Shown: piece after piece, positions 37,730-50,024 of the stretch
Layout: each line of letters opens with the position of its first letter
Position numbering within the stretch: the stretch's first letter is position 1
DNA from: Mobula hypostoma
Taxonomy: Eukaryota
NCBI RefSeq assembly: GCF_963921235.1
Contig: NC_086097.1
Location: forward strand, 15,190,001-15,254,000
DNA: 64,000 bases
Reading direction: 5' to 3'
Notes under the pieces: model-generated
Told to the model about the DNA's origin: nothing
What the model saw: the letters and a program-made list of their open reading frames with translations, nothing else
Databases searched by the model: none
Position numbers and translations under genes: made by a program

Positions 37730-38000
37730 TTTTACTTAGAGATACACTGTGGAACAGACCCTTCCTGCCCAACGAGCCGCACCAACTAGCAACACACCTA
37801 TTTAGCCCTAGACTAATCACAGGGCAATTTACAATGGCCAATTAACCTACTAACCGTTACGTTTTTGGAATATGGGAGGATACTGCAGCAACTGGAGGAA
37901 ACCTCCGCACTTACACGGGGGAGGTCCAAACTTACAGTTGGCCTCAGAACTGAACTCTGAACTTTGTCGCCTCGAGCTGTATTGGCGTCGTGTGAAGTGG
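37730..38000 (-). mobile_element. HE1/V-SINE-like SINE
   Basis: Same family motifs as the other SINE copies. Confidence 0.8.
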
Positions 38001-38124
38001 CACCTATCAGTTAGGAGCTGACGCGGACAGTGGAATGGAAATACCCTTGGCATTTTTATCCTGGAGTCAGGCCTGTCCTGTTCACTTCTATAAGGAAGCA
38101 GGAAAAGTTCAGAAAGACTCTTTA

Positions 38125-38415
38125 CCCCTGTATCGTCAAGCACCTTCACTCCATCTGTGACGACAGGCAGGATTTCCCACTGGCCACCCATTTTAATTTT
38201 ACTTCCCATTCCCGTTCTGACATGGCTTTCCATGGCCTCCTGTACTGCCATGGTAAGGCCACTCTCAGGCTGGAAGAGCAACACCTCATATTCCACCTAG
38301 GTAGCCTCCAAGCTGACAGCACGAACATTAATTTCTCTAACTTCCAGTTATATCTCCCCCCTTCCCCTTTTACCTCTTTTTCCATTCCCCATTCTGGCTC
38401 CCCCCTGATTCCTTC
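38125..38415 (+). mobile_element. Penelope-like element, C-terminal part of the GIY-YIG region
   Basis: KHLHSICDDRQDFPLATHFNFTSHSRSDMAFHGLLYC...LRLEEQHLIFHLGSLQADSTNINFSNF. Confidence 0.85.
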
Positions 38416-38419
38416 TCAA

Positions 38420-39160
38420 GTCCAAGTTCATATGTCATTCAACTGTAGACATGTATATAGCCGAACGAAACAACATTCCTCTTGGCCCAAGATGCAAAGC
38501 AGGGTCCATATACATCACATACAGCATGTAAACTAGTACATATTAACAGATAACAAAAAGCATTCTACAGATATACAAGTTGACAGAGAGTTAAGTTGAC
38601 AGAGAGTTAAATATATGTCAGCATAATGCTACTGGCATTGTCATAAATAATGTATATTGGGTGTTCAGAAGTCTCACAGCCTGGGGAAAGAAGCTGTTCC
38701 CCAGCTAAACACCCCTTGGTCTTATTTCACAGTACATTCTTCCTGATGGCAGGAGGTTGAAGAAATTGTGGGACCTTTTTTTTGGGGGGGGAGTTGGGAG
38801 GGTGCACGACAATGCTGAGGGCTCTACGAACACTGCACTTCTGGTATACGTCCTCGAAGGGGGAATGGGAGAGAGACCCCATTGATTCTTTCAGCAATCC
38901 TTACAATCTGTTGCAGGGTCTCGTAGTCAGGTGTCTCGCAATACCCATACCAGGCGGTGATACAGCTGGTCAGGACACTCTCGATGGTGCTCTGACAGAA
39001 TGCAGTTAGATTAGTGGTGGGGAGCCTCACTCGCTTCAATCTCCTCAGGAAGTGGAGGCGCTGCTGTGCTTCCTCGAGTAAAGAGGTGGTGTTGAGGGAC
39101 CAGGTGAGATCATCAGTGATGTGTGATGTGCACTCCAAGAAACTTGGTGCTCTTGAAACC
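38420..39160 (-). mobile_element. Rex-Babar LINE fragment
   Basis: ORF 38824-39177: ITDDLTWSLNTTSLLEEAQQRLHFLRRLKR...IESVLTSCITAWYG. Confidence 0.85.
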
Positions 39161-39488
39161 TTCTCCTTACCTGCCAATCACCTCCCTCTGATGCCCATCC
39201 TCCTCTTTCTCCCATGGTTCACTCTCCTCTCCTATCAGATTCCTTCTTCTTCAGCCCTTTACCTTTTCCACCTATCACCTCCCAGCTTCTTACTTCATCT
39301 ATCCTCCCCCATCCACCCGCATTCCCCCTCACCTGGCTTCACCTATCACCTGCCAGTTTGTACTCCTTTCCCTTCTAATGCTGGCTTCTTCCTCCTTCCT
39401 TTCCGGACCTGAGGACGGGTCTCAACCCAAAACATCGACTATCTATTCATTTCCATAGATGCTGCCTGACTGTCTAAGTCCCTCCAGT

Positions 39489-39519
<31 letters not shown>

Positions 39520-39560
39520 TGTTCTGAATTTCTAGTATCTGCAGAAACTCTTAATGTTTA
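39160..39560 (+). mobile_element. Penelope-derived terminal repeat with internal (GT)n
   Basis: Same unit as 17310-17605; CTGAGGA core at about 39409; GT run at 39494-39518. Confidence 0.75.
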
Positions 39561-40344
39561 TTATCAGTCGTTCACTGGGCCTGCAGTTGCTTGAGGAGAT
39601 GCAGCACTTTCTCAAGGGCAACTAGAAAGAGCAATAAATGTCACTACGAGGCGACAGTTTTAGCAGAAAATCAATAGGTCCCCTGAAGCAAATTTGGCTG
39701 ATTAAGAAAATAGATCAGTTTGGATGGCCGTTTTCTCTTAAGAAGAAAAGTCCCGTGTGGAAGGTATCTTGGCGATTACGGTCTAGGTGAGGAATTCAGA
39801 GTTTTTGAGTTCAGATCTTGCCAGAGCAAGTTCAGCAGACTTTGAGGTGGCACTTGATAAAATAATCAAGACAGCAGTCGGATTATTGCGAAAACCCAAC
39901 CGGTTTAATTAATGCCTTTCAGACAAGTGAACGTACAACTGGTATGTGGTCTGGCCCCTAACACTGTAAGAGACAGCTGGAGGTGGACATTCACTGTTTC
40001 ACTGTGGTCCTGCCAGAGCACACATCCTCCCCTTGCCGTGCATGGTAAAAAAATGCCTGTCAGTTTCCTGATAGGAAACTGTTAAACCCGTTTATTTCCT
40101 TCAGGATGTGGCTGATTCTGTGTGAAGAGGGTGATGAAGGCATCATCAGAATCAGGTTTAATATCACTGATATATGTATCATGAAATTTCTCGTTTTGTG
40201 GCAGCGGTACAGTGCAGGACATTCAAAATTACCATTAAGTTACAATAAGTAATAAATAAGTAGTACAAAAAATAATAAATGGTGCAAAAAATAAATAAAT
40301 AGTGCAAAGACATAGAACAGCGCGGCATAGGAATAGGCCCTCCA

Positions 40345-40610
40345 GCATCATAGTGTAGTGGTTAGCACAACGTTTTACAGTACCAGTGACCCAGGTTCAA
40401 TTCCCGTTGCTGCCTGTAAGGAGTTTGTATGTTCTCTCCGTGACCGCGTGGGTTTCCTCCCACAGTCCAAAAACATACTGATTGGTAGGTTAATTGGTCA
40501 TTGTAAATTGTCCTGTGATTAGGCTAGGGTTAAATCGGCGTGTTGCCAGGCAGCACAGCCCAAAGGGCTGGAAAGGGCCTACTCCATGCTGCGTCTCAAT
40601 AAACTAATAA
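40345..40610 (+). mobile_element. HE1/V-SINE-like SINE
   Basis: TAGTGTAGTGGTTAGC A box, GGTTCAATTCC B box and the central domain. Confidence 0.85.
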
Positions 40611-41614
40611 AGCTCACAATGCTCTGCAGGTCATATGTCACAAAATAAGTTAGAAAGGGGGACAGTGTAAACTGACATAGACCAGTTGGGTTAACTGGCC
40701 TGACTGTCTGTTATAAACTCCAATGCAAATCTCGCATTCAACCAGAGTTTCTTTTTATCTCACCATCTCCTACTTGAAGTACTGAAGCCAGCTGAGGTAC
40801 CCTATGTGCTTTGAGCTGTAATAACACTATACATTATCAGCCAGCAGCAAGCGGCTGGCCATAGAGTTGCAAGATCATCACTGTAGCCATGGACTTGCCA
40901 TAGCATCACCATAAACACTGACGATGATGGTGTGCATTGGACCTAGGATACTTATAACTTTCTATTCTTTTCAGGAACTTCATGAAGATCTGTTGAACAC
41001 TTAGCCCAGAAAGTGGATTTCGTGTCTAAACCTGACCTGTTGGCATCCATTGAGATCCTGAACAATCTGTGGAGATAGATAATATTAAGTTGGATGTATA
41101 ACTCTAGTGTTTAGCTTCCAGACTCATGGAGTGAGGTAGGACCCACACCAGGAGATCTAACACATCTACTAAGTCATCATGTGATCCCTGAGAGACAAGA
41201 CAGATCTTGAAGAATTCTCTCCAGTGAGTATGGAGCAAGCCTCATGTCTGTGAGTCCGGGCCAGGGACTGGAGGTTGAAGGCTTGAGGCCAAGGACCAGA
41301 GGCGGCCTGTCCAGGGCTTGGAGGCCTGTCTGGGTGTGTGAGAGGGTGGATAGAAGGGTAGGAAGGGAGCTTGTTTAACTGTTGTCTTGTTGTCGTTGCT
41401 GCTGCTGTTGCTTGTGAGCACTGTGGAATGCTATATTGACCCTGGAATGTGTGGTGACATTTGCTGGTTATTAATGCAAACCGCACATGTCACTGTGTGT
41501 TTCGATGTACATGTGATAAATAAATTTGAATGAAAGTACAAAAATAGATAAGGTCACTGTGGAGGTGAGGGGAAAAGTGGGAGTAAGATGGTAATCACCT
41601 CTGCATTTGGGTAT

Positions 41615-42127
41615 AAGACCATAAAATACAGGAACAGAATTAGGCCATTTGGCCCATCAAGTCAGAACTGCCATTTCATCATGGCTGATCCATTTTCCCT
41701 CTCAGCTCCAGTCTCCTGGCTTCTCCCCCGTAGCCCTTCCTGACCAGTCAGGTCTCTATCAACCTCTACCTTAAACATACCCAATAACTTGGCCTCTACT
41801 GCCGCGTCGAGCAATAAATTCCACAGATTCACTATTCTCTTGCTGGAGAAATTGCTCTTCGTCACCATTCTGAAAGGCACAGCTCTATTCTGAGACAGTG
41901 TTCTTCGGTTTTAGACTCCCGCACCACTGGAAACTCCTCTTCACATCCACTCCAACATTCGATAGGTTTCCATGAGATCACCCCCCATTCTTCTGAATTC
42001 CAGTGAGTCGAGGCCCAGAGCCATCAAATGCTCCTCCTATGACAAGCTTTCAATCCAGGAATCGTTTTTTGTGAACTTCTTTCGTGCCTTCTCCAATGTC
42101 AACACACCCTTTCAAGATCAAGGGGCA
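41615..42127 (-). mobile_element. Degenerate CR1 3' fragment
   Basis: Homologous to 11755-12260. Confidence 0.85.
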
Positions 42128-42452
42128 TCTAACTCTCTGGATGCCACAGATCTTGGTCCGAAATGTTGAATACATATTTCTCTCCATATATGCTGCCTGA
42201 CCTGGTGAGTTACTCCAGCATCTTTTGTGTTTTGCTACAGATTTCCAGCATCTACAGGATCTGCTGTGGCTCTGGTACAGTGAATAACTTTGTTTTGCAT
42301 GTCATCCTCAAAGATCGTTTTCAATAAATCAATTGACAGGAAGCAGAATAAAGTTGCAGTGACAGAGGAAGTGTGGTGCAGGTAGACAACATGGTACAAA
42401 GCCATGACGAGATAGATTGTGAGGACAAGAATCCACTTAATCATGTGGTGTA

Positions 42453-44097
42453 CAGGTGTCCCCCGCTTTTCGAACGTTTGCTTTACGAAACCTCACTGTT
42501 ATGAAAGACCTACATTAGTACCCTGTTTTCGCTTTCAGAAGCTGTTTTCACTGTTACAAATAAAAAAGCAGCGCGCGAAAAAATCTGCGCGCAATAAAAG
42601 GTAGCGCGCGCGCCCCGAGCAGCCGTTCTCCCCCGGATTTGGAACGGCATTCTAGCCAGCATTGCTTAAACACGTGCCTGTGAGCAGCCGTTTGCAAGAT
42701 GAGATCTAAGGTATTGGAAAAACCTTAAAAGAGCTCGTAAGGGTGTTACACTTAGCATAAAGCTAGACATAATTAAGCGTTTCGATCGTGGTGAACGAAG
42801 TAAGGACAAAGTGAGTTTGGCTCGTGGAAGCTGACGAACAGGATGTTGAAGAGGTTTTGGCATCCCATAACCAAGAACTGATAGACGAAGAGCTGATGCA
42901 ATTGGAAGAGGAAAGGATAACAATCGAAACCAAATGCAGTAGCGAACAGACCGAAAGTGAAGTTGTCCAGGAACTGAACGTGAAGCAACTGCGTGAGATT
43001 TTCGCTGCAATGATAAAGTATGACTTTAATTTTGAAAGGGTACCTAAGCTTAGGGGATATTTGCAGGATGGTTTGAGTCCTTACAAAGAACTGTATGATA
43101 GAAAAATACGCGAGGCTCAGCAGTCAAGAAAGCCTTCCACATCAGCCACAGCAGACGATGAACCTTGACCTTCGACATCGAGGCGGGCAGTCATAGGAGA
43201 AGATGAGCTGCCTGCTCTAATGGAAACAGACGACGAGATGACACCCCCATGTGCCACCACCCTGCGATTCGCGGAGAATGTAGTGGTAGCCGGGAGGCAC
43301 ACAGCACATCTTTAAGAAAAAAGCCAAGATAAACATGCTAATTAATTAGGTGCCGCCCAACACGTAATTGTCGGTTCAGATCAGAGACGATGCAATTGGA
43401 AATCGGCACTGATCTGGGCCAACAATTACGTGCCGGGTGGCACCTAGTTAATTAGCATGTTTATTTTGGCTTTCTTCCTAAAGATGTGCTGGGTGCCTTC
43501 CGGCTACCGCTGTACCCCTGCATGCTTCGCGGTTCAGTATCTGTCGGCGGCCCGGAGGGTGGGGGCCACTGCACCACCCCAACCTGCGACGACTCAGCCT
43601 AACACACCATCATCAGTATGCTCGGGGCTGAACCAATTCCGGTAAGTGATACTACACTGTATATACATTATTTCTACTTTAAATAGGCTGTGTATTTTTA
43701 CGTGTTATTTGGTATGATTTGACAGCTTCATAGCTTAAAGGTTACTGGAGAGCGCTTGCGCCGTGCTTTTGCCAACAGCGCTTGCGTGAGATATTCTGCC
43801 GACAGCGCTTGCGTGAGATTTTCGCTACGGAGAACAGTGCAGTAACGATTGTGGAAAAGTATTTCTGCTTTATATAGGCTGTGTATTTATCATATCATTC
43901 CTGCTTTTACTATATGTTACTGTTATTTTAGGTTTTATATGTTATTTGGCATGATTTGGTAGGTTATTTTTGGGTCTGCGAATGCTGACAAATTTTTCCC
44001 ATATAAATAAATGGCAATTGCTTCTTCGCTTTACAACATTTCGGCTTACAAACCATTTCATAGGAACGCTCTACCTTCAGATGGCAGGGGAAACCTG
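42453..44097 (+). mobile_element. Internally deleted Tigger/pogo DNA transposon, copy 1
   Basis: TA|CAGGTGTCCCCCG left TIR and GGGGAAACCTG right TIR; HTH-like N-terminus KRARKGVTLSIKLDIIKRFDRGE joined to acidic C-terminus DVEEVLASHNQELIDEELMQLEEE; no DDE domain seen. Confidence 0.85.
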
Positions 44098-44774
44098 GTA
44101 AAAGATGCAAATTTCACAATTCAGGAAGAATCAGCATCAAGTTTATTATCACAGACTTACATGACATGAAATTTGGTTTTTTTTTCCGCAGCAGCAGTAT
44201 AGTCTCTGTTCTGGTGCCCTGGTGAAGTGCTCCTTCTGAACATTCAACAGAGGTTGTAGGCGGTCCCCAGCAGTTCTCATCTCCACTGACAGGAGTAAAT
44301 CTATAGTGTGTGGCACTGCGACATCATGAGATACATGGCTAACACTGGGCAAACTTCGGTCGTGTGAAGGTGAATCGTGTAATGGTTTCAGTTTCACCCA
44401 AAAGTATGATCTACCCAGGGTAAACCAGTCTATTTAGAGCAAGCCGCATAAAAATCATGTGCAAGTGTATCAAATTTCTGGAATTATTTTCCTCAGGCAG
44501 TAATTACTTCGGCCTAGTTTTGGTACCCACTGCACAATGGTTTAGGACAATAAGACAATTATTGAGGCTCTGTTGTTTCACAGGGCGTGTATACAAGGTG
44601 AATAATGATACCGCTGTATTTTATTTTTGTTTAATTTTTATTTTAGAGATACAGCACAGAACAGGCCCTTCTGGCCCAACAAGTTGCACTACTCAGCAAC
44701 CGTGTGAGGAGCCTTGAGCACCCTAAGGAAAACCACGCAGTCACGGGGAGAACGTACAAACTCCTTACAGACGG

Positions 44775-45030
44775 CAACACACACAAAGTGCTGGAGGAAT
44801 TTAGATTGTCCAACAGCATCTACGGAAAAGAGTAAACAGTCAACATTTCAGGCCGAGACCCTTCTTCAGGACTGAGAGGGAAGGGGAGAGATGTCTGAAT
44901 TAACCAGTGGGGGGAAGGGAAGAGGCTAGCCGGGAGGTGTTAGGTGAAGCCAGGTGAGTGGGAATGGTCAAGGGCTGGAGAAGAAAAGATCCGATTGGAG
45001 AGGAGAGAGGACAATAGGAGAAAGGAAAGG
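44775..45030 (-). mobile_element. Penelope-derived terminal repeat with the best-preserved hammerhead-like core
   Basis: Reverse complement of 44837-44874: CAGTC CTGAAGA AGGGTCTCGGCCT GAAA TGTT GACTG. Confidence 0.75.
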
Positions 45031-46835
45031 ATACATAAAGTGTAAAAGAGAGGGGAGAGTGGATATTGGATCACTAAAAAATGATGCTGGAGAGGTAGTA
45101 ATGAGGGACAAAGAAATAGCAGATAAACTGAGTAAGTATTTTGCATCAGTTTTCATCAGGGAAGACACTAGCAGTATGGTGGAAGTTCCAGGTGTCAGGG
45201 GTCATGAAGTGTGTGAAGTTACCATAACTAAACAGAAGTTTCTTGGGAAACTGAAAGGTATGAAAGTCAGAAGGTAGATAAGTCACCTGGACCAGATAGT
45301 GTACATCCCAGTGTTCTGAAAGAGGTGGCTGAAGAGATCGTGGAGGCATTAGAAATGATACTTCAAAAATCACTAGATTTTGAAATGGTTCCAGAAGACT
45401 GGAAAATTGCAAATGTCACTCTACCCTTCAAGAAGGGAGCAAGGCAGAAGAAAGGAAACTATAGGCCTGTTAATCTGACCACAGTGGGAAGATAGGGAAG
45501 ATGTTGGAGTCGATTATTAAGGGTGAGGTCTCAGGGTACTTGGAGGCACATGATGAAATAGGTAGTAGTCAGCATGGTTTCCTCAATGGAAAATCTTGCC
45601 TGACAAATCTGTTGGAATTCTTTGAAGAAATAACAACCATGATAGACAATGGAGAATCGGTTGATGTTTTTGTGTAGTTGGATTTTCAGAAGGCCTTTGA
45701 CAAGGTGCCACACATGAGGCTGCTAACTAGCTACGAGCCCATGGTACTACAGGAAAGATTCTAGAATGGACAAAGCAGTGGCTGATTGGCAGGAGACAGT
45801 GGGAATAAATGGAGCCTTTTCTCACTGGCTACCTCTGACTAGTGGTGTTCTATATGAGTCTGTGGCAGGACTGATTCTTTATGTTATATGTCTATGATTT
45901 GGATGATGGAATTGATGGTTCTGTTGTAAAGTTTGCAGAAGATAGGTGGAGGGGCAGGTAGTTTTGAGGAAGTAGAGAGGCTACAAAAGGACTAAGACAG
46001 ATTAGGAGAATGGGCAAAGAAATGGCAGATGGAATACAGTGTTGGGATGTATATGGTCATGCATTTTGACTTTTTTCTAAATGGGGAGAAAATTACAAAT
46101 AACTAAGGTGCAAAGGTACTTAGAAGTTCTTGTGCAGGATTCCCTAAAGGCTAATTTGCAGGTCAAGTCTGTGGTGAGGAAGGCAAATGCAATGTTAGCA
46201 TTCATTTCAAGAGGACCAGAATATAAAAGCAAGGATGTAATGTTGAGACTTTATAAAGCACTAGTGAAGTCTCACTTGGACTATTGTGAGCAGTTTTGGG
46301 TCTTTTATCTTAGCATGTATATGTGCTGAAACCGGAGAGGGTTCAAAGGAGGTTCACAAAAATGATTCCAGGATTGAATGGCTTGTCACATAGAGAGCGT
46401 TTGATGGCTCTGGGCCTGTATTTGCTGGAATTCAGAAGAGTGAGGGGTGACCTCATTTAAACCTATCAAATGGTGAAAGGCCTGGATAGAGTGGCTGTGG
46501 AAAGGATATTCCTTATAGTGAGGGAGTCTCAGACCCGAGGACACAGTCTCAGAATAGAGGGGTGTCCCTTCAGAATAGAGATGAGGAGGAATTTCTTTTG
46601 CCAGAGAGTGGTGAATCTGTGGAATTCTTTGCCACAGACAGCTGTGTCGAGTACAGAAGTCTTTATGTATATTTAAGGCAGAGGTTGATAGGTTCTTGTT
46701 TGGTCAGGGCATGAAGGGATACAGGGAGAAGGCAGGAGATTGGGGCTGACAGGAGAATTGGATCAGATACGATGAAATGGTGAGCAGATTCGATGGGCCA
46801 AATGGCCTAATTCTGCTCCTATATCTTATGGTCTT
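45030..46835 (+). mobile_element. Degenerate CR1 ORF2 (RT) with 3' UTR
   Basis: Frameshifted but recognisable: VLKEVAEEIVEAL, DWKIANVT, DFQKAFDKVPH, RNFFCQRVVNLWNSLPQ. Confidence 0.9.
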
Positions 46836-47474
46836 AGGGAAGAATGGGGAGCCAGAACTGAACTCTAAACTCCAGAACTCCCCAAGCTGTAATATCATTG
46901 CATTAACCACTACACTATCGAGGCGCCCCATCATCAGCCAACAATTTGCATGCAAGGGTGGGGATTCAAGGCGTGCTCTGAACTCAGTGACTGAAAGAGA
47001 AGATTACTGTTTCTTGACAATAGTAGGTATCTCTCCAACAAAGTTATTGTTATAAAACCCAATCTATGCATAAAATCAACGCCAGCATGCAATCTGCAAG
47101 TGTGATTGACGGATAAGTTACTCAATCATCCCTACTCTGTTGGGAATTGCACTGTCCCTGCACGCCGTCGTTAAAATGACCCAACACACTGTATCATCGT
47201 GGCAGTAGAGTACAGAACAAACAGCACAGAAATTCTGCCATGCATGCAGAGGGGTGTGAAACGCCTGGCCAGCCAGTACATCTATCTGCCTTAGGGTGCC
47301 CACAGCGGTAAAACTCTATTGTGCCCCAAACAAGAAGACAGGCTTGCATACTTAACAACCTCAAAGTGCATTTCTCTGCGTTCCCAGTAACTGTGGAGTG
47401 AATGGAAGGGAGAGTGGGTATGCTACAGAGAAGCATACTGGGATTCATATTCCCATTATGAAATTTATGATTAA

Positions 47475-49865
47475 CATAGAAACATAGAAACATAGAAAAT
47501 AGGTGCAGGAGTAGGCCATTCGGCCCTTCGAGCCTGCACCGCCATTTATTATGATCATGGCTGATCATCCAACTCAGAACCCAGCCTTCCCTCCATACCC
47601 CCTGACCCCTGTAGCCACAAGGGCCATATCTAACTTCCTTTTAAACATAGCTAATGAACTGGCCTCAACAGTTTGCTGTGGCAGAGAATTCCACAGATTC
47701 ACCACTCTCTGTGTGAAGAAGTTTTTCCTAACCTCGGTCCTAAAAGGCTTCCCCTCTATCCTCAAACTGTGACCCCTCGTTCTAGACCTCCCCAACATCG
47801 GGAACAATCTTCCTGCATCTAGCCTGTCCAATCCCTTTAGGATCTTATACGTTTCAATCAGATCCCCCCTCAATCTTCTAAATTCCAACGAGTACAAGCC
47901 CAGTTCATCCAGTCTTTCTTCATATGAAAGACCTGCCATCCCAGGAATCAATCTGGTGAACCTTCTTTGTACTCCCTCTATGGCAAAGATGTCTTTCCTC
48001 AGATTAGGGGACCAAAACTGCACACAATACTCCAGGTGTGGTCTCACCAAGGCCTTGTACAACTGCAGTAGTACCTCCCTGCTCCTGTACTCGAATCCTC
48101 TCGCTATAAATGCCAGCATACCGTTCGCCTTTTTCACCGCCTGCTGTACCTGCATGCCCACTTTCAATGACTGGTGTATAATGACACCCAGGTCTCGTTG
48201 CACCTCCCCTTTTCCTAATCGGCCACCATTCAGATAATAATCTGTTTTCCTATTTTTGCCACCAAAGTGGATAACTTCACATTTATCCACATTAAATTGC
48301 ATCTGCCATGAGTTTGCCCACTCACCCAACCTATCCAAGTCACCCTGCATCCTCTTAGCATCCTCCTCACTGCTAACACTGCCACCCAGCTTCGTGTCAT
48401 CCGCAAACTTGGAGATGCCGCATTTAATTCCCTCATCCAAGTCATTAATATATATTGTAAACAACTGGGGTCCCAGCACTGAGCCTTGCGGTACCCCACT
48501 AGTCACCGCCTGCCATTCTGAAAAGGTCCCGTTTATTCCCACTCTTTGCTTCCTGTCTGCTAACCAATTCTCCACCCACACCAATACCTTACCCCCAATA
48601 CCGTGTGCTTTAAGTTTGCACACTAATCTCCTATGTGGGACCTTGTCAAAAGCCTTTTGAAAATCCAAATATACCACATCCACTGGTTCTCCCCTATCCA
48701 CTCTACTAGTTACATCCTCAAAAAATTCTATGAGATTTGTCAGACATGATTTTCCTTTCACAAATCCATGCTGACTTTGTCCGATCATTTCACCACTTTC
48801 CAAATGTGCTGTTATCACATCCTTGATAACTGACTCCAGCAGTTTCCCCACCACCGACGTTAGGCTAACCGGCCTATAATTCCCCGGTTTCTCTCTCCCT
48901 CCTTTTTTAAAAAGTGGGGTTACATTAGCCACCCTCCAATCCTCAGGAACTAGTCCAGAATCTAACGAGTTTTGAAAAATTATCACTAATGCATCCACTA
49001 TTTCTTGGGCCACTTCCTTAAGCACTCTGGGATGCAGACCATCTGGCCCTGGGGATTTATCTGCCTTCAATCCCTTCAATTTACCTAACACCACTTCCCT
49101 ACTAACATGTATTTCGCTCAGTTCCTCCATCTCACTGGACCCTCTGTCCCTTACTATTTCTGGAAGATTATTTATGTCCTCCTTAGTGAAGACAGAACCA
49201 AAGTAATTATTCAATTGGTCTGCCATGTCCTTGCTCCCCATAATCAATTCACCTGTTTCTGTTTGCAGGGGACCTACATTTGTCTTTATCAGTCTTTTCC
49301 TTTTTACATATCTATAAAAGCTTTTACAGTCCGTTTTTATGTTCTCTGCCAGTTTTCTCTCATAATCTTTTTTCCCCTTCCTAATTAAGCCCTTTGTCCT
49401 CCTCTGCTGAACTCTGAATTTCTCCCAGTCCTCAGGTGAGCCACTTTCTCTGGCTAATTTGTATGCTACTTCTTTGGAATTGATACTATCCCTAATTTCT
49501 CTTGTCAGCCACGGGTGCACTACCTTCCTTGATTTATTCTTTTGCCAAACTGGGATGAACAATTGTTGTAGTTCATCCATGCAACCTTTAAATGCCTGCC
49601 ATTGCATATCCACCGTCAATCCTTGAAGTGTCATTTGCCAGTCTATCTTAGCTAATTCATGTCTCATACCTTCAAAGTTACCCCTCTTTAAGTTCAGAAC
49701 CTTTGTTTCTGAATTAACTACGTCACTCTCCATGTTAATGAAGAATTCCACCATATTATGGTCACTCTTACCCAAGGGGCCTCTCACGACAAGATCGCTA
49801 ATTAACCCTTCCTCATTGCTCAAAACCCAGTCCAGAATAGCCTGCTCTCTAGTCGGTTCCTCGAC
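47475..49865 (-). mobile_element. Young CR1 (HER1-like) LINE, 5'-truncated within the endonuclease region
   Basis: Uninterrupted frame and (TTTCTATG)n tail; ATTAA on both sides (47470-47474, 49866-49870). Confidence 0.97.
47574..49823 (-). CDS. CR1 ORF2: end of APE endonuclease plus complete reverse transcriptase (749 aa, N-truncated)
   Basis: SDHN, KSPGPDGLHP, GNYRPVSLTS, YLDFQKAFDKVPH, GVPQGSVLGP, FADD. Confidence 0.92.
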   Translation of the reverse strand: MSNEEGLISDLVVRGPLGKSDHNMVEFFINMESDVVNSETKVLNLKRGNFEGMRHELAKIDWQMTLQGLTVDMQWQAFKGCMDELQQLFIPVWQKNKSRKVVHPWLTREIRDSINSKEVAYKLARESGSPEDWEKFRVQQRRTKGLIRKGKKDYERKLAENIKTDCKSFYRYVKRKRLIKTNVGPLQTETGELIMGSKDMADQLNNYFGSVFTKEDINNLPEIVRDRGSSEMEELSEIHVSREVVLGKLKGLKADKSPGPDGLHPRVLKEVAQEIVDALVIIFQNSLDSGLVPEDWRVANVTPLFKKGGREKPGNYRPVSLTSVVGKLLESVIKDVITAHLESGEMIGQSQHGFVKGKSCLTNLIEFFEDVTSRVDRGEPVDVVYLDFQKAFDKVPHRRLVCKLKAHGIGGKVLVWVENWLADRKQRVGINGTFSEWQAVTSGVPQGSVLGPQLFTIYINDLDEGIKCGISKFADDTKLGGSVSSEEDAKRMQGDLDRLGEWANSWQMQFNVDKCEVIHFGGKNRKTDYYLNGGRLGKGEVQRDLGVIIHQSLKVGMQVQQAVKKANGMLAFIARGFEYRSREVLLQLYKALVRPHLEYCVQFWSPNLRKDIFAIEGVQRRFTRLIPGMAGLSYEERLDELGLYSLEFRRLRGDLIETYKILKGLDRLDAGRLFPMLGRSRTRGHSLRIEGKPFRTEVRKNFFTQRVVNLWNSLPQQTVEASSLAMFKRKLDMALVATGVRGYGGKAGF

Positions 49866-50024
49866 ATTAAGATGTGCTTTTATACAGTGCCCCTAGCATC
49901 ATCATAACATCCCACAAAGCACATTGCTGCCTACAAAGTTCAAAGTAAATTTATTATCAAACTACATCTATGTCACCATTTATTACCCTGAGGTTCATTT
50001 TCAGGTAATTATTTTCAGGTTTTT

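Noticed and set aside
38577..38610. 16-bp tandem duplication (similar 21-bp one at about 50478-50518)
   Set aside because: Local slippage inside old repeats; not an array or CRISPR.
40345..40420. tRNA-like A/B boxes
   Set aside because: These are SINE heads with no complete cloverleaf, so no tRNA gene is called.
40766..40817. 52-nt minus-strand exon candidate (LKAHRVPQLASVLQVGD)
   Set aside because: The phase would fit, but the acceptor lacks a pyrimidine tract and the peptide is uninformative.
42824..43168. Acidic 114-aa ORF resembling a domesticated TIGD gene
   Set aside because: Lies within TIRs, lacks the DDE domain and is frameshifted in the second copy.
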